Origin: Bacteroidota bacterium
GTDB lineage: Bacteria > Bacteroidota > Ignavibacteria > SZUA-365
Assembly: GCA_018224345.1 (NCBI GenBank)
Contig: JAGTUW010000033.1
Span: 1-36,752 of the forward strand
Direction: 5' to 3'
Length of the DNA stretch: 36,752 nt
Part shown: one piece after another, positions 16,278-26,063 of the stretch
How positions within the stretch are numbered: position 1 is the first letter of the stretch
How the letters are laid out: each line of letters begins with the position of its first letter
The notes under the pieces: model-generated
Databases searched by the model: none
Seen by the model: only the letters and a program-made list of their open reading frames with translations
Told to the model about the DNA's origin: nothing
Program-made: the position numbers and the translations under genes

Positions 16278-17813
16278 ATGGCCGGCAATACTATGACAAA
16301 CAATCGCCTTCTCAATTCCCGCCTCATCACTGATGAGGAAATCGACAAACCCAGATCGAACTGTGGTATCATCGGTGTCTACGGCAATCCGGACGCATCG
16401 ACACTGACCTACTACGGCCTGCACTCACTGCAGCACCGCGGGCAGGAAGCCTCCGGTATCGTCTCCTGCCAGCGAAGCAATGGAAACACACCTGCGTCCC
16501 GCCTGCGTGTGTTTAAAGCGCCGGGGCTGGTCACCGAGGTGTTTTCCGATCAGGACACGCTCGAAAAACTGCTGGTCGGCGATGTCGCCATCGGACACAA
16601 CCGGTATTCCACCACAGGGTCTGACAATCTGGAGAATATCCAACCTTTCATGGTCAACTACCGAGACGGCCAACTGGCGGTGGCGCACAACGGGAACCTG
16701 ACCAACACACGTTCGCTGCGGCAGAAGCTGGAGAAGGAGGGCACCATATTTCAGACCTCCACCGACACGGAAGTTATTCTTCATCTGACCGCACGCAGCA
16801 AGGCAGAGACACCGGAAGATCGTATCATGGATGCACTCAACACCGTGCAGGGTGCCTACTCTCTGGTCATGCTGCACGGTGAAACACTGATCGCCGCCCG
16901 CGATCCGCACGGTTTCCGTCCCCTGTGCATCGGCCGTCTCGGAGAAACCTGGATTATTGCATCGGAAACCTGTGCGCTCGATATCATGCAGGCAGAGTAC
17001 GTCCGGGATATCGAACCGGGAGAGGTGCTGTTTTTTGACCATCGCATGGATATGTCAGGACAGCCGGTACAGCGCCGGTTGCACTATGAACCTGAAAAGT
17101 ATCATCACTGTATCTTCGAGTTCATTTATTTTTCGAGACCGGATTCAAAAATATTCGGGGAAAACGTGGACAAGATCCGCCGCCGGCTCGGAAAAGCTCT
17201 GGCGGAGGAAGCTCCTGTGCAGGCCAGGGATGACGAACCGGTGTTCGTCATGGCTGTACCAGACAGTTCGAATACTGCTGCTGTCGGCTTTGTGCGTCGC
17301 GCAGGCAAGGATGGCTCGGATACACGTCTTGAGATCGGATTGATCCGTAATCACTATATCGGACGGACGTTCATTCAGCCGGGACAGGAAAAGCGCGAAG
17401 TGAAAGTGCGCATGAAATTCAATACGGTCAAGGGTGTGATCGAGGGCCGGAATGTCGTCATTATAGATGACAGTATCGTCCGGGGCACGACCAGTCGTCT
17501 GCTCATCAACCTTATTCGTGAGGCCAACCCCGCGGAATTGCATGTCCGTATCAGTTCGCCCCCCATCATTCGGCCCTGTCCCTACGGCATGGATTTTCCC
17601 AGCCGCGAGGAATTGATCGCACAGCAGCATCATGAGGATGTCGAAAGCATCTGCCAGGAGATCGGCGCTGATTCATTGGCCTATCTCTCGATCGATAAAA
17701 TGCTGGGCACCGTCGACCATGATGGGAAACGGGGCTATTGTACGGGTTGCTTTACCGGTGACTATCCAGTTCCCATCGAAGAGAACATGCGAAAGGAGGA
17801 TCTCGAAGATTGA
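16278..17813 (+). CDS. purF: Amidophosphoribosyltransferase (propeptide and [4Fe-4S], Bacillus-type)
   Basis: DKPRSN|CGIIG, LQHRGQE, GHNRYSTTG, AHNGNL, PRPP loop IIDDSIVRGTTS, and Fe-S cysteines in CIFE, PCPYG and CTGC. Confidence 0.97.
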   Translation: MAGNTMTNNRLLNSRLITDEEIDKPRSNCGIIGVYGNPDASTLTYYGLHSLQHRGQEASGIVSCQRSNGNTPASRLRVFKAPGLVTEVFSDQDTLEKLLVGDVAIGHNRYSTTGSDNLENIQPFMVNYRDGQLAVAHNGNLTNTRSLRQKLEKEGTIFQTSTDTEVILHLTARSKAETPEDRIMDALNTVQGAYSLVMLHGETLIAARDPHGFRPLCIGRLGETWIIASETCALDIMQAEYVRDIEPGEVLFFDHRMDMSGQPVQRRLHYEPEKYHHCIFEFIYFSRPDSKIFGENVDKIRRRLGKALAEEAPVQARDDEPVFVMAVPDSSNTAAVGFVRRAGKDGSDTRLEIGLIRNHYIGRTFIQPGQEKREVKVRMKFNTVKGVIEGRNVVIIDDSIVRGTTSRLLINLIREANPAELHVRISSPPIIRPCPYGMDFPSREELIAQQHHEDVESICQEIGADSLAYLSIDKMLGTVDHDGKRGYCTGCFTGDYPVPIEENMRKEDLED

Positions 17814-20800
17814 GACAGCTCCGTCCCCGCATACTTCGGAAGCTGACATCGGTGCGCACCGCTCTGCTTTTTCTTTCTCCGTTCTTTCTGTTCTCACAGT
17901 ATGCGATCGCACAGCATGCCACCACGTCCGATACGTCGTCACCGGCGCAAAGGCGTGTCTTCGTCAAGGTATTCCATGACCAGCGTGCGGTGGAGGGCCT
18001 CACTGGTTTACGCTTTGCGTCCGCAGGTCTCCATGCAGTGCTCGATCGCTATGGCTGTGCCACGCCGCAACCGATGTTTGATAACAACGGGTTGGCCAAG
18101 GCCGGCATGGACGAGGAGCATCCGCTGGCCGATCTGTATCTGCTGACGCCCCGGCAGGGGACGGACCTTGAATATTTCGTTGAGGAATTATCCCGCCTTC
18201 CCGAGGTACGCTATGCCGAACGCGAAGGAATACTGCGGCTGCATTCGCTTCCTTCGGATTCGGCATGGGACAGCCAGTGGGGCATGCATCGCATCGGGAT
18301 CGTGGAGGCCTGGAACGCGACGCGCGGGAACTCCGACATCGTCCTTGCCGTGATTGACACGGGTATAGATTTCGATCATCCGGATCTCCGGACGCAACAC
18401 TGGATCAATACTGCCGAGGACATCAACGGGAACGGGCGTTTCGATCCCTGGCCCGCGGATGAAATCCGTGACGGTATCAGCGGGGATCTCGACGGTATCG
18501 ACAACGATGGCAACGGCTTTATAGACGATGTGCTCGGCTATGATTTTGTTGATCAGCCTCATCCCGGCAATGCCGCGGGGGGGGATTACCGCGATCCCGA
18601 TCCGCTTCCCCTCGATGAGATGGGACATGGGACAAGCGTTTCGGGTATTATCGCTGCTGCCACCGACAACGGCATCGGTATTGCAGGAGTCGCGCCGGAC
18701 TGTCGCATCATGACGCTTCGTGCCTTTGACGCACGCGGCTTCGGGGCGGAAGGCGATGTCGCACGTGCGCTTGCCTATGCGGTATCGAACGGTGCGCGTG
18801 TCGTCAATATGAGTTTCGGTGACGTGGTATATTCCCGCGTTCTGCGTGACGTTATCCGGTGGTCGTATGCGCGTGGAGTGGTGATGGTCTCTTCCGCAGG
18901 GAATTCACAGTCCGCCGCTCTGCACTATCCGAGCGCGTATGACGAAACGATATCCGTCTCCGCTCTGGCCTCCAATGACATTATCGCTGGCTACTCGAAT
19001 TACGGACAGACGGTCGACATCGCGGCGCCGGGCTCGGATATTCTCACAACGGATCTTGAAGGCAGATACACGCCGTTTTACGGTACTTCCGCCGCGGCAC
19101 CCTTTGTCTCCGGTGTTGCCGCACTGCTACTCTCACGCCATCCGCATTTCGGGCCGGAGGAAGTCCGTGGTATTCTTATCGCTTCCGCAGAAGATCTCGG
19201 GCCACAGGGCTGGGACGAGCGTTATGGCGCAGGCTTGCTGCGTGCCGACAGAGCTGTGGCGCTCGACAACCCCTCCGTCGTCCGCATTACCGCGCCTGGT
19301 ACCGACTTCGCTACCGATGCCGTAAGCATACGGATTCACGGGACTGCAGCCTCGCCGATCATGCGTGGCTTTACGCTCCAATACGGCGTTGGGGCCAATC
19401 CCTCCCGCTGGTTCCCTTTGAGCGACCCGGTAAACCGGCAGGTGATCGATGAGGAACTGGCGGTCTGGGACATCCAATTCCTGCCTGACAGCAGCTACAC
19501 GATCCGACTCGCGGCGGAAAGCGAGAAGGGCATAACGCTCGAAGATCGTGTCGTCATTCACATCGACAGAACACCGCCACGTATTCTCGGTGCACTGTTG
19601 GTCCCTGCGGTCGAGGCCAGCTCATACGGCATCTCCGCCGGCTTCACGACCGATGACCCCACACTGGGCAAGCTCTGGTTTCGCGAACAGGGATCCACCG
19701 CACCATTTCAGTGGGTGTCGGCGGAAGGGCAGTCGGAAAACAATCTCTTTATCGGACGCAGTCATCATATTTATCTGGGCCCGCAGTATTTCACGCCCGG
19801 AAGGACCTATGAATACTACCTCTCGGCCGAAAACGCCGTCGGCCTCGAGACCATTCTGCGCGAGGAGGACGGCCGGAATTTCACCTTCACCGTTCCACCA
19901 CCGATCAGCGCATTCGGCTTCAATCAAAAACCCTGGTCATTACCTCTCGGACGACTTGCGCGTATGACACCGGATCTCAATGGGAACGGTGTTCCGGAAT
20001 TATTGATGAACAATATCCGTGAGGACAATGATTTTCAGGCCTGGGAGTTCAACGGGCTTGGTTTCACGCGTGTCGGCGACGGTGCCCAGGGGAAGGAATT
20101 CCCCCGTGGAAGTGGCGATCTCGACGGTGACGGCTATCCGGAACTGCTGACTTCCTTTGTGCGTGACGGCTTTCTTTATCGCGGGAAAGCCGATGGCTTC
20201 CCCTCGCAGCGTATCTGGGCCGACACCGTTGACGGCAGCTTCTGGTCGGTCGATATCGCCGATGTCACCGGCGACGGTCAGCTCGAACTGCTTGCAATCA
20301 TCGATGATTCGACCTTCGGGGTGTTTGAGTGGACTGGCAGCACGGTCACGGAGAAAGCGCGTATCGTCAATCCGACGTCACCCGGCAGTGAACCGTACAA
20401 CAGCTTCAATGCATCGCGCGCGGCCACCGGCGACTTCAATGGCAACGGACGGCCGAATATTCTGCTGGGCGATCGTGATGCTGATTTCTTCATCGTCGAA
20501 TACGACGGTGCGAACTTCGATGTGATCTGGGGGTCGGAAAATGATTTTATCGAGGGGGGGGACTTTGTCGCTGCCGGAGATTTCACAGGAGATGGTCGTG
20601 ATGAGTTCGCGCTCGGCTTCCGGACGGCGGGCGACGATGTCGTGCCTTTCTGGGTGTTCGGTATCTTCCGTCTCGACGCGAACAACCGGCTCGAAGCGCT
20701 GTGGAATGTGCAATTTCACGGCGTATCCGAAAGTGCGCAGTACGGTGCGTTCACGCGCATCCGCAACAGTCTGACGGCGGCGAATATCGACGACGACCCC

Positions 20801-22168
20801 GAGCTGGAGTTGATTATTTCTTCGTTTCCGGAGATGTATGTTGTTGATTTCAATAGCGTCACGCGGGAGTATGACATCATCTGGCAATACCCGCTGGTCA
20901 ACACCGACGCGGTTGCGGTGGCTGATTTCGATGGCAACGGTATTCCGGTCATCGCATTCGCAACTCCGGACAGTGTGATATTTTTTGAGCGTGATCTTCC
21001 GTATAGCGGTCCGGAGCCACCACGTTCATTGGATGTGCATTATATCGACAGCCGGAGCACGCGCATTTCATGGACCACGGGTGTGCCTGCGCCTGAGTAC
21101 CGGCTCTACAAAGGTGAAGACCCGGGGAATATGGAATTGATGGGGACATTCGCCGCGCCGATACAGTTGACCGACCCGACGCTGCTTCCGGGTACGACGT
21201 TGATGTATGCGATCAGTGCCTATGATGAACAGAGGAGTCCGCCGGAAAGCCCAAGAGTGTTTTCCCGACTTTTCCGGCCCCACGAAACAGCGCGTATTGA
21301 CAGTATCGTATTCGTCGGTGGGGGGCAGTTACGTTTGACGGTGTCACAGAGCATGGGCACGGGCATTCCTTCTCCCTCACATTTTCGTCTCGAGGGACGT
21401 ACCGAGCCCGTCAGCGTGCTTCTCCTCGATGAGTACACCCTGCTGCTGAGTTTCGGATCGCTGAACGACGGCGACTATGGACTTTCACTGAGCGGATTGC
21501 GTGACGGGGAGGGGATTCCTTTCGCGGACGCGACGTACGGTCCTTTTGAAGTTCGCAATACCGTACGCGACGAATGTTATATTGCACGTGTCGAGTATCA
21601 TCCGCCCCGCAGCTTCGATGTCTGGTTCAGCGCGCCGGTGGATGCGACGACAGCCGGGAACCCGGCGCATTACGAATTCCTCCCCGACGGCACGGTGGAA
21701 ACAGCCGAACCGGATCCCGGGCAACCCGCGCTTGTGCGTATCACCGTCAGCGATGATGCACGCATCGGCGCACTGGGCAGGGAGTACGTTCTCAAGGTCC
21801 GTCATGTCCGCTGCATCTCGGGATCCATCATTGGTAATGGCGCTGGCAGCACTGTGGGTGTGATTCTGAACCGGCAGACCCTCGATGACGTATTTGTGTA
21901 CCCGAATCCGCTCAAACCGGTGCACGGACAGCATGTCGTCACCTTTGCGAATCTGACTCCCCGTGCGACTATCCGGATCTACACATTGTCAGGTCTTTTT
22001 ATTGCGGAGGTGGCGGAGAGCGATGGAAACGGAGGTGTGGAATGGGATACGCGCAACGAGCATGGGACACACATCCCTGCGGGTGTTTACCTCTTCCATG
22101 CAACCGGCAGTAATGCGGAAGGGAAGGAAGTTGAAGCGAAACTTGGTAAATTTGCCATCATCAGGTAA
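17810..22168 (+). CDS. Secreted S8 (subtilisin-like) serine protease with an FG-GAP/VCBS propeller, FN3/Ig-like domains and a T9SS/FlgD-like C-terminal domain
   Basis: Catalytic triad AVIDTG, GHGTSVSG and GTSAAAP; oxyanion SAGN; seven D/N-x-x-G/D-x calcium motifs; C-terminal VYPNP...IRIYTLSG...WD.RN..G..IPAGVY...KFAIIR. The TTG start overlaps the purF stop. Confidence 0.9.
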   Translation: MRQLRPRILRKLTSVRTALLFLSPFFLFSQYAIAQHATTSDTSSPAQRRVFVKVFHDQRAVEGLTGLRFASAGLHAVLDRYGCATPQPMFDNNGLAKAGMDEEHPLADLYLLTPRQGTDLEYFVEELSRLPEVRYAEREGILRLHSLPSDSAWDSQWGMHRIGIVEAWNATRGNSDIVLAVIDTGIDFDHPDLRTQHWINTAEDINGNGRFDPWPADEIRDGISGDLDGIDNDGNGFIDDVLGYDFVDQPHPGNAAGGDYRDPDPLPLDEMGHGTSVSGIIAAATDNGIGIAGVAPDCRIMTLRAFDARGFGAEGDVARALAYAVSNGARVVNMSFGDVVYSRVLRDVIRWSYARGVVMVSSAGNSQSAALHYPSAYDETISVSALASNDIIAGYSNYGQTVDIAAPGSDILTTDLEGRYTPFYGTSAAAPFVSGVAALLLSRHPHFGPEEVRGILIASAEDLGPQGWDERYGAGLLRADRAVALDNPSVVRITAPGTDFATDAVSIRIHGTAASPIMRGFTLQYGVGANPSRWFPLSDPVNRQVIDEELAVWDIQFLPDSSYTIRLAAESEKGITLEDRVVIHIDRTPPRILGALLVPAVEASSYGISAGFTTDDPTLGKLWFREQGSTAPFQWVSAEGQSENNLFIGRSHHIYLGPQYFTPGRTYEYYLSAENAVGLETILREEDGRNFTFTVPPPISAFGFNQKPWSLPLGRLARMTPDLNGNGVPELLMNNIREDNDFQAWEFNGLGFTRVGDGAQGKEFPRGSGDLDGDGYPELLTSFVRDGFLYRGKADGFPSQRIWADTVDGSFWSVDIADVTGDGQLELLAIIDDSTFGVFEWTGSTVTEKARIVNPTSPGSEPYNSFNASRAATGDFNGNGRPNILLGDRDADFFIVEYDGANFDVIWGSENDFIEGGDFVAAGDFTGDGRDEFALGFRTAGDDVVPFWVFGIFRLDANNRLEALWNVQFHGVSESAQYGAFTRIRNSLTAANIDDDPELELIISSFPEMYVVDFNSVTREYDIIWQYPLVNTDAVAVADFDGNGIPVIAFATPDSVIFFERDLPYSGPEPPRSLDVHYIDSRSTRISWTTGVPAPEYRLYKGEDPGNMELMGTFAAPIQLTDPTLLPGTTLMYAISAYDEQRSPPESPRVFSRLFRPHETARIDSIVFVGGGQLRLTVSQSMGTGIPSPSHFRLEGRTEPVSVLLLDEYTLLLSFGSLNDGDYGLSLSGLRDGEGIPFADATYGPFEVRNTVRDECYIARVEYHPPRSFDVWFSAPVDATTAGNPAHYEFLPDGTVETAEPDPGQPALVRITVSDDARIGALGREYVLKVRHVRCISGSIIGNGAGSTVGVILNRQTLDDVFVYPNPLKPVHGQHVVTFANLTPRATIRIYTLSGLFIAEVAESDGNGGVEWDTRNEHGTHIPAGVYLFHATGSNAEGKEVEAKLGKFAIIR

Positions 22169-22171
22169 GCC

Positions 22172-22759
22172 ATGAGCAGGAAGAAAAAAAACGACCCCCG
22201 AAAGGAGAATGAGAGTCTGACGACTCCGTCCAACCTCCTCAGCATAGTGCGCATGTTGCTGGTGCTTCCGCTCGTGATCCTTTTCGATGATCCACGCGGG
22301 AATCAGCTGCTGATTGCCGGGCTTGGATTTTTTGCCTATCTGACGGATCTGGCGGATGGCTGGCTTGCGCGCAACTTCGGCGGCGAATCCAAACTCGGCC
22401 GCCTGCTCGATCCCCTGGCTGACAAGGTATTCATTTCCGCCGTCGTCCTGCTGATGATCGTCACACGCATGATTCCATTGTGGTTCGGTATCATTGTGAT
22501 AGCCCGGGATGTTCTGATTTTTCTCGGCGGATTGTATCTGCGCAAGCGCACCGGCGTCATCGTGCAAAGCAATATGCTTGGCAAGGCCGCTGTGGTCGGT
22601 ATCGGTGTGGTGCTCGTCATCGCTCTTTTCAGCGATGGAGGGACGAATGTTGTCCTTACATTGTTTATGACAGTGACCCTCGGCCTGATCGTCGCGTCGC
22701 TCTACGTTTATGCCGAACGGTTTTTCAAAATTCTCAAACAACATCGTGGTACCCGCTGA
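22172..22759 (+). CDS. CDP-alcohol phosphatidyltransferase (PgsA or CDP-type cardiolipin synthase family)
   Basis: PSNLLSIVR, TDLADGWLAR...SKLGRLLDPLADK, IARD and LGK, with multiple TMs. Confidence 0.9.
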   Translation: MSRKKKNDPRKENESLTTPSNLLSIVRMLLVLPLVILFDDPRGNQLLIAGLGFFAYLTDLADGWLARNFGGESKLGRLLDPLADKVFISAVVLLMIVTRMIPLWFGIIVIARDVLIFLGGLYLRKRTGVIVQSNMLGKAAVVGIGVVLVIALFSDGGTNVVLTLFMTVTLGLIVASLYVYAERFFKILKQHRGTR

Positions 22760-22798
22760 CGAGCGCGGGTCATTTCACGTACCAATACTGAAATACCT

Positions 22799-23791
22799 AT
22801 GGGCTTTCTCGACAAACTCAAATTCAACAGACTCAAAGATGGTCTCAGTAAGACACGTGACACGGTCATGGCAAGTGTGTCCCGTGTTATCAAGGCCAAA
22901 CGAAAAATCGACGACGAATTGCTCGACGAACTCGAGGAGATACTCATTCTCGGTGACGTTGGTGTGGCGACAACGGCCCACATCATCGATCGGCTTCGTG
23001 AGCGAGTCAAACGGGAACGGTACGAGAATGCCGACGAGCTGCATCGTCTGTTGCGCGAGGAGGTCTCCGCGCTGTTTCGGCATCACCAGGTCAGCACGAA
23101 TGGCATCGCCATCGAATTGCCCGAAGGAATCTCGCCCTATGTCATCATGGTCGTCGGCGTCAACGGTGTCGGAAAGACGACGACTATCGGCAAACTTGCC
23201 TATAACTACCGCAGTTCCGGAAAGCAGGTGATCATCGGTGCAGCCGATACCTTCCGTGCCGCCGCCAATGAGCAGCTTGAAGTCTGGGCACGGCGCGCCG
23301 GTGTGGATATCATACAACAGGCGCATGGGTCCGACCCTGCCGCCGTCGCCTTCGACACCCTGCAAGCCGCGATATCACGCGAGGCAGATGTCGTTATCAT
23401 CGACACCGCAGGGCGGCTGCACACAAAAGCAAACCTCATGGAGGAACTCAAGAAAATCAAACGCGTCATGAACAAGATTCTTCCCGATGCCCCGCATGAC
23501 GTACTGCTCGTGCTCGATGCGACCACGGGACAGAACGCCATTCAACAGGCGAAACAGTTTACCGACGCCGTCGGCGTCAACGGTCTGGTCGTCACCAAAC
23601 TCGACGGCACCGCCAAGGGCGGAGTGGTGATCGGGATCAGCAGTGAACTGTCCATGCCCGTCAAATATATCGGCGTCGGCGAACAGATAGACGACCTGCA
23701 GGTCTTCGATGATGATTCCTTCGTCCGGGCTCTTTTCGGCGGGCTCCGTACCGAGGATGAAATCACTGTCGAGGATGACGAAGGCCGGTAA
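22799..23791 (+). CDS. ftsY: Signal recognition particle receptor FtsY (short NG form)
   Basis: GLSKTR, GVNGVGKTTTIGKLA, DTFRAAA, DTAGRLH, TKLDGTAKGG and GVGE..DDL. Confidence 0.97.
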   Translation: MGFLDKLKFNRLKDGLSKTRDTVMASVSRVIKAKRKIDDELLDELEEILILGDVGVATTAHIIDRLRERVKRERYENADELHRLLREEVSALFRHHQVSTNGIAIELPEGISPYVIMVVGVNGVGKTTTIGKLAYNYRSSGKQVIIGAADTFRAAANEQLEVWARRAGVDIIQQAHGSDPAAVAFDTLQAAISREADVVIIDTAGRLHTKANLMEELKKIKRVMNKILPDAPHDVLLVLDATTGQNAIQQAKQFTDAVGVNGLVVTKLDGTAKGGVVIGISSELSMPVKYIGVGEQIDDLQVFDDDSFVRALFGGLRTEDEITVEDDEGR

Positions 23792-23799
23792 ATGGAGGT

Positions 23800-24000
23800 A
23801 TGGTCATGTTTCTGCCAAGACATCGTCCCAGGCGTTTTGACTACAATCCGCGCTACTACGATCCATCGAAGGATGAACAGAATCGCCGCCGGCGTCAGTT
23901 CAAATTCGAGAGCAACGTGCGCCGAGGCGGGCACCGACCGTTGATCGTTCTGCTCGTTCTGTTTATTCTCGTGTATTTTCTCTACCAATTTATGATGTGA
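23800..24000 (+). CDS. Small basic protein with a C-terminal TM helix (66 aa)
   Basis: GGAGG RBS; fits between ftsY and mutL with 8- and 3-nt gaps; PRRFDYNPRYYDP motif; hydrophobic tail. Confidence 0.8.
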   Translation: MVMFLPRHRPRRFDYNPRYYDPSKDEQNRRRRQFKFESNVRRGGHRPLIVLLVLFILVYFLYQFMM

Positions 24001-24003
24001 ATC

Positions 24004-25980
24004 ATGTCCGACGATACTTCCACATCCCTGATACGGAAACTGCCGCTGCATCTCGCCAATCAGATCGCTGCGGGGGAGGTCGTCCAGCGTCCTGAATCCG
24101 TAGTGAAGGAACTGGTGGAAAACGCCATCGATGCCGGGGCGGAACATGTCACGGTGAATATCAGCAATGCCGGGAAGACGCTCATTCAGGTGATCGACGA
24201 TGGTTCGGGCATGAGCGAAGAAGACGCCCTGCTGGCTCTCGAGCGCCATGCCACAAGCAAGTTGCGCAGCCTCGAGGATCTTGAACGCATCATGACCTTC
24301 GGGTTTCGCGGTGAGGCACTGCCGTCGATCGCTTCCGTAGCCAAAGTGGAACTGCGCACACGCAACGCAGAGGAAGACATCGCCACGTTTCTTCGCATCG
24401 AGGGAGGCAACATCGAGGAACGGGGGAAAGTAGAGGGAGCGAGAGGCACGTCAATCAGCGTGAAGAATCTGTTTCACAACACGCCCGCACGACGTCAGTT
24501 TCTCAAGACCAACGCAACGGAATACAAGCATATCGCCGACTCGATTCAACGGTTTGTGCTGTCGTATCCGCATGTGCATATCACCTTCATTTCCGACGGA
24601 ACGACGGTATATGATGCTCTGCCGGGCGATCTCCCTGCACGCGTTGCCTATCTGTTCGGTGATCGCGTCGCCGAATCACTGCTGCCTGTTCGCGAGGAGA
24701 CCGATCTGATTACCGTGACCGGATATATCGGGCGTCCGAGTTTCGCAAGGAAATCGCGTGGCGAACAATTCCTTTTCGTCAACGGCCGCTATGTCATCAG
24801 CCGCTACCTTAACCACGCCGTGGTCAGTGCCTACGACCAGATGATCGATCAGGGTGCGTTCCCGATGTATCTTCTTTTCCTGAATATCGATCCGAAACAG
24901 ATTGATGTGAATGTTCATCCGTCGAAGCTCGAAGTAAAATTCTCAAACGACAGGAATATTTACACCATTCTCAATGCAGTGGTCCGGCAGAGTCTCTATC
25001 ACCATGACCTGACCCCGAGTATCTCCTTCCGTGACAGTGATCAGGCGCAGGACGTCACGCGGGACAGAGCAGGCGACGTCCCCGGTATGGATGCTGACAC
25101 ACAACGTTCCGGCTACCCGCAGCAGGGGTCCGGTGGTGGAGAGCGTGATTTCTCACGAACCCGTTTTTCCGATGCGCATGAACGGGGTGACCGGCCGGAG
25201 GAAAAATACGATTCCTTCTCCTCGCTCCGCCGCGGGATGGACGATCGTCCGGCCGCCGGAGGTCACATGGACCCCCGGCAGATCGATGATCTCTTCCGTT
25301 CCCTTGACATAGACGCGGGGCAGGGCAGCGGAACGAGCCGGAACGATACCGGTGGGGGAACTGATGAGACGGACACCGTGATTCTTCCCAGCGAAAAGCC
25401 GGTATCGGATATTCAGTTTCTCTGGCAATTGCACAACAAGTATATATTTACACCGATCAAGTCCGGTTTGATGATTGTCGATCAGCATGTGGCGCATGAA
25501 CGGATTCTGTACGAGAAGGGATTGGCCGCGCTGGAGGACAATGCCTCCTTCGCCCAGCAAATGCTCTTCGCGCACCGCTTCCGGATGTCGGCGGGGGATT
25601 TCGCCCTGATCAGCGAGTTGAATTCGGAACTGCAGCGGCTGGGCTTCACACTGCGGCTTTCCGCTCCGGATTCGGTTGCAGTCGAGGCAGTGCCGCAGGA
25701 TGTCCGTCCCGGAATGGAAGAACACATATTGGAGGAGATGCTCGAACAGTTCAAAGAGTATCAGCATGCCGGCATAACCGACAGGCGTCATAATGTTGCG
25801 GCATCCTACGGGTGTCGCGCCGCCATCAAGGCGGGCGATAAACTCAATGCTGCCGAGATGCAGCATCTGATCGATCAACTCTTTGCGACATCCAACCCCT
25901 ATGTTTGTCCCCACGGCCGGCCTATTGTCATCAAACTCTCACTCGACGAACTCGACCGGCGCTTCGGACGCAGCAGCTGA
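24004..25980 (+). CDS. mutL: DNA mismatch repair endonuclease MutL
   Basis: [27 protein letters not shown] and FGFRGEAL. Endonuclease motifs [18 protein letters not shown] and CPHGRP. Clamp motif QQMLF. Confidence 0.97.
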   Translation: MSDDTSTSLIRKLPLHLANQIAAGEVVQRPESVVKELVENAIDAGAEHVTVNISNAGKTLIQVIDDGSGMSEEDALLALERHATSKLRSLEDLERIMTFGFRGEALPSIASVAKVELRTRNAEEDIATFLRIEGGNIEERGKVEGARGTSISVKNLFHNTPARRQFLKTNATEYKHIADSIQRFVLSYPHVHITFISDGTTVYDALPGDLPARVAYLFGDRVAESLLPVREETDLITVTGYIGRPSFARKSRGEQFLFVNGRYVISRYLNHAVVSAYDQMIDQGAFPMYLLFLNIDPKQIDVNVHPSKLEVKFSNDRNIYTILNAVVRQSLYHHDLTPSISFRDSDQAQDVTRDRAGDVPGMDADTQRSGYPQQGSGGGERDFSRTRFSDAHERGDRPEEKYDSFSSLRRGMDDRPAAGGHMDPRQIDDLFRSLDIDAGQGSGTSRNDTGGGTDETDTVILPSEKPVSDIQFLWQLHNKYIFTPIKSGLMIVDQHVAHERILYEKGLAALEDNASFAQQMLFAHRFRMSAGDFALISELNSELQRLGFTLRLSAPDSVAVEAVPQDVRPGMEEHILEEMLEQFKEYQHAGITDRRHNVAASYGCRAAIKAGDKLNAAEMQHLIDQLFATSNPYVCPHGRPIVIKLSLDELDRRFGRSS

Positions 25981-26063
25981 TAAGTGCACGCGCGTCACGG
26001 AGGACTGCGAGGGGACAGAATAAAATTCACGTATTCCAGTTTCAGACCAAGCCCGGTATCCCC

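Noticed and set aside
25020-25400. Gly/Asp/Arg-rich low-complexity stretch in mutL as a possible insertion or intein
   Set aside because: It corresponds to the normally variable disordered MutL linker and has no intein terminal motifs.
25981-26063. Cobalamin riboswitch upstream of icmF, or an N-terminal extension to 25905
   Set aside because: The gap is only 83 nt with no B12-box-like motifs. The extension overlaps mutL and precedes the conserved IcmF start.
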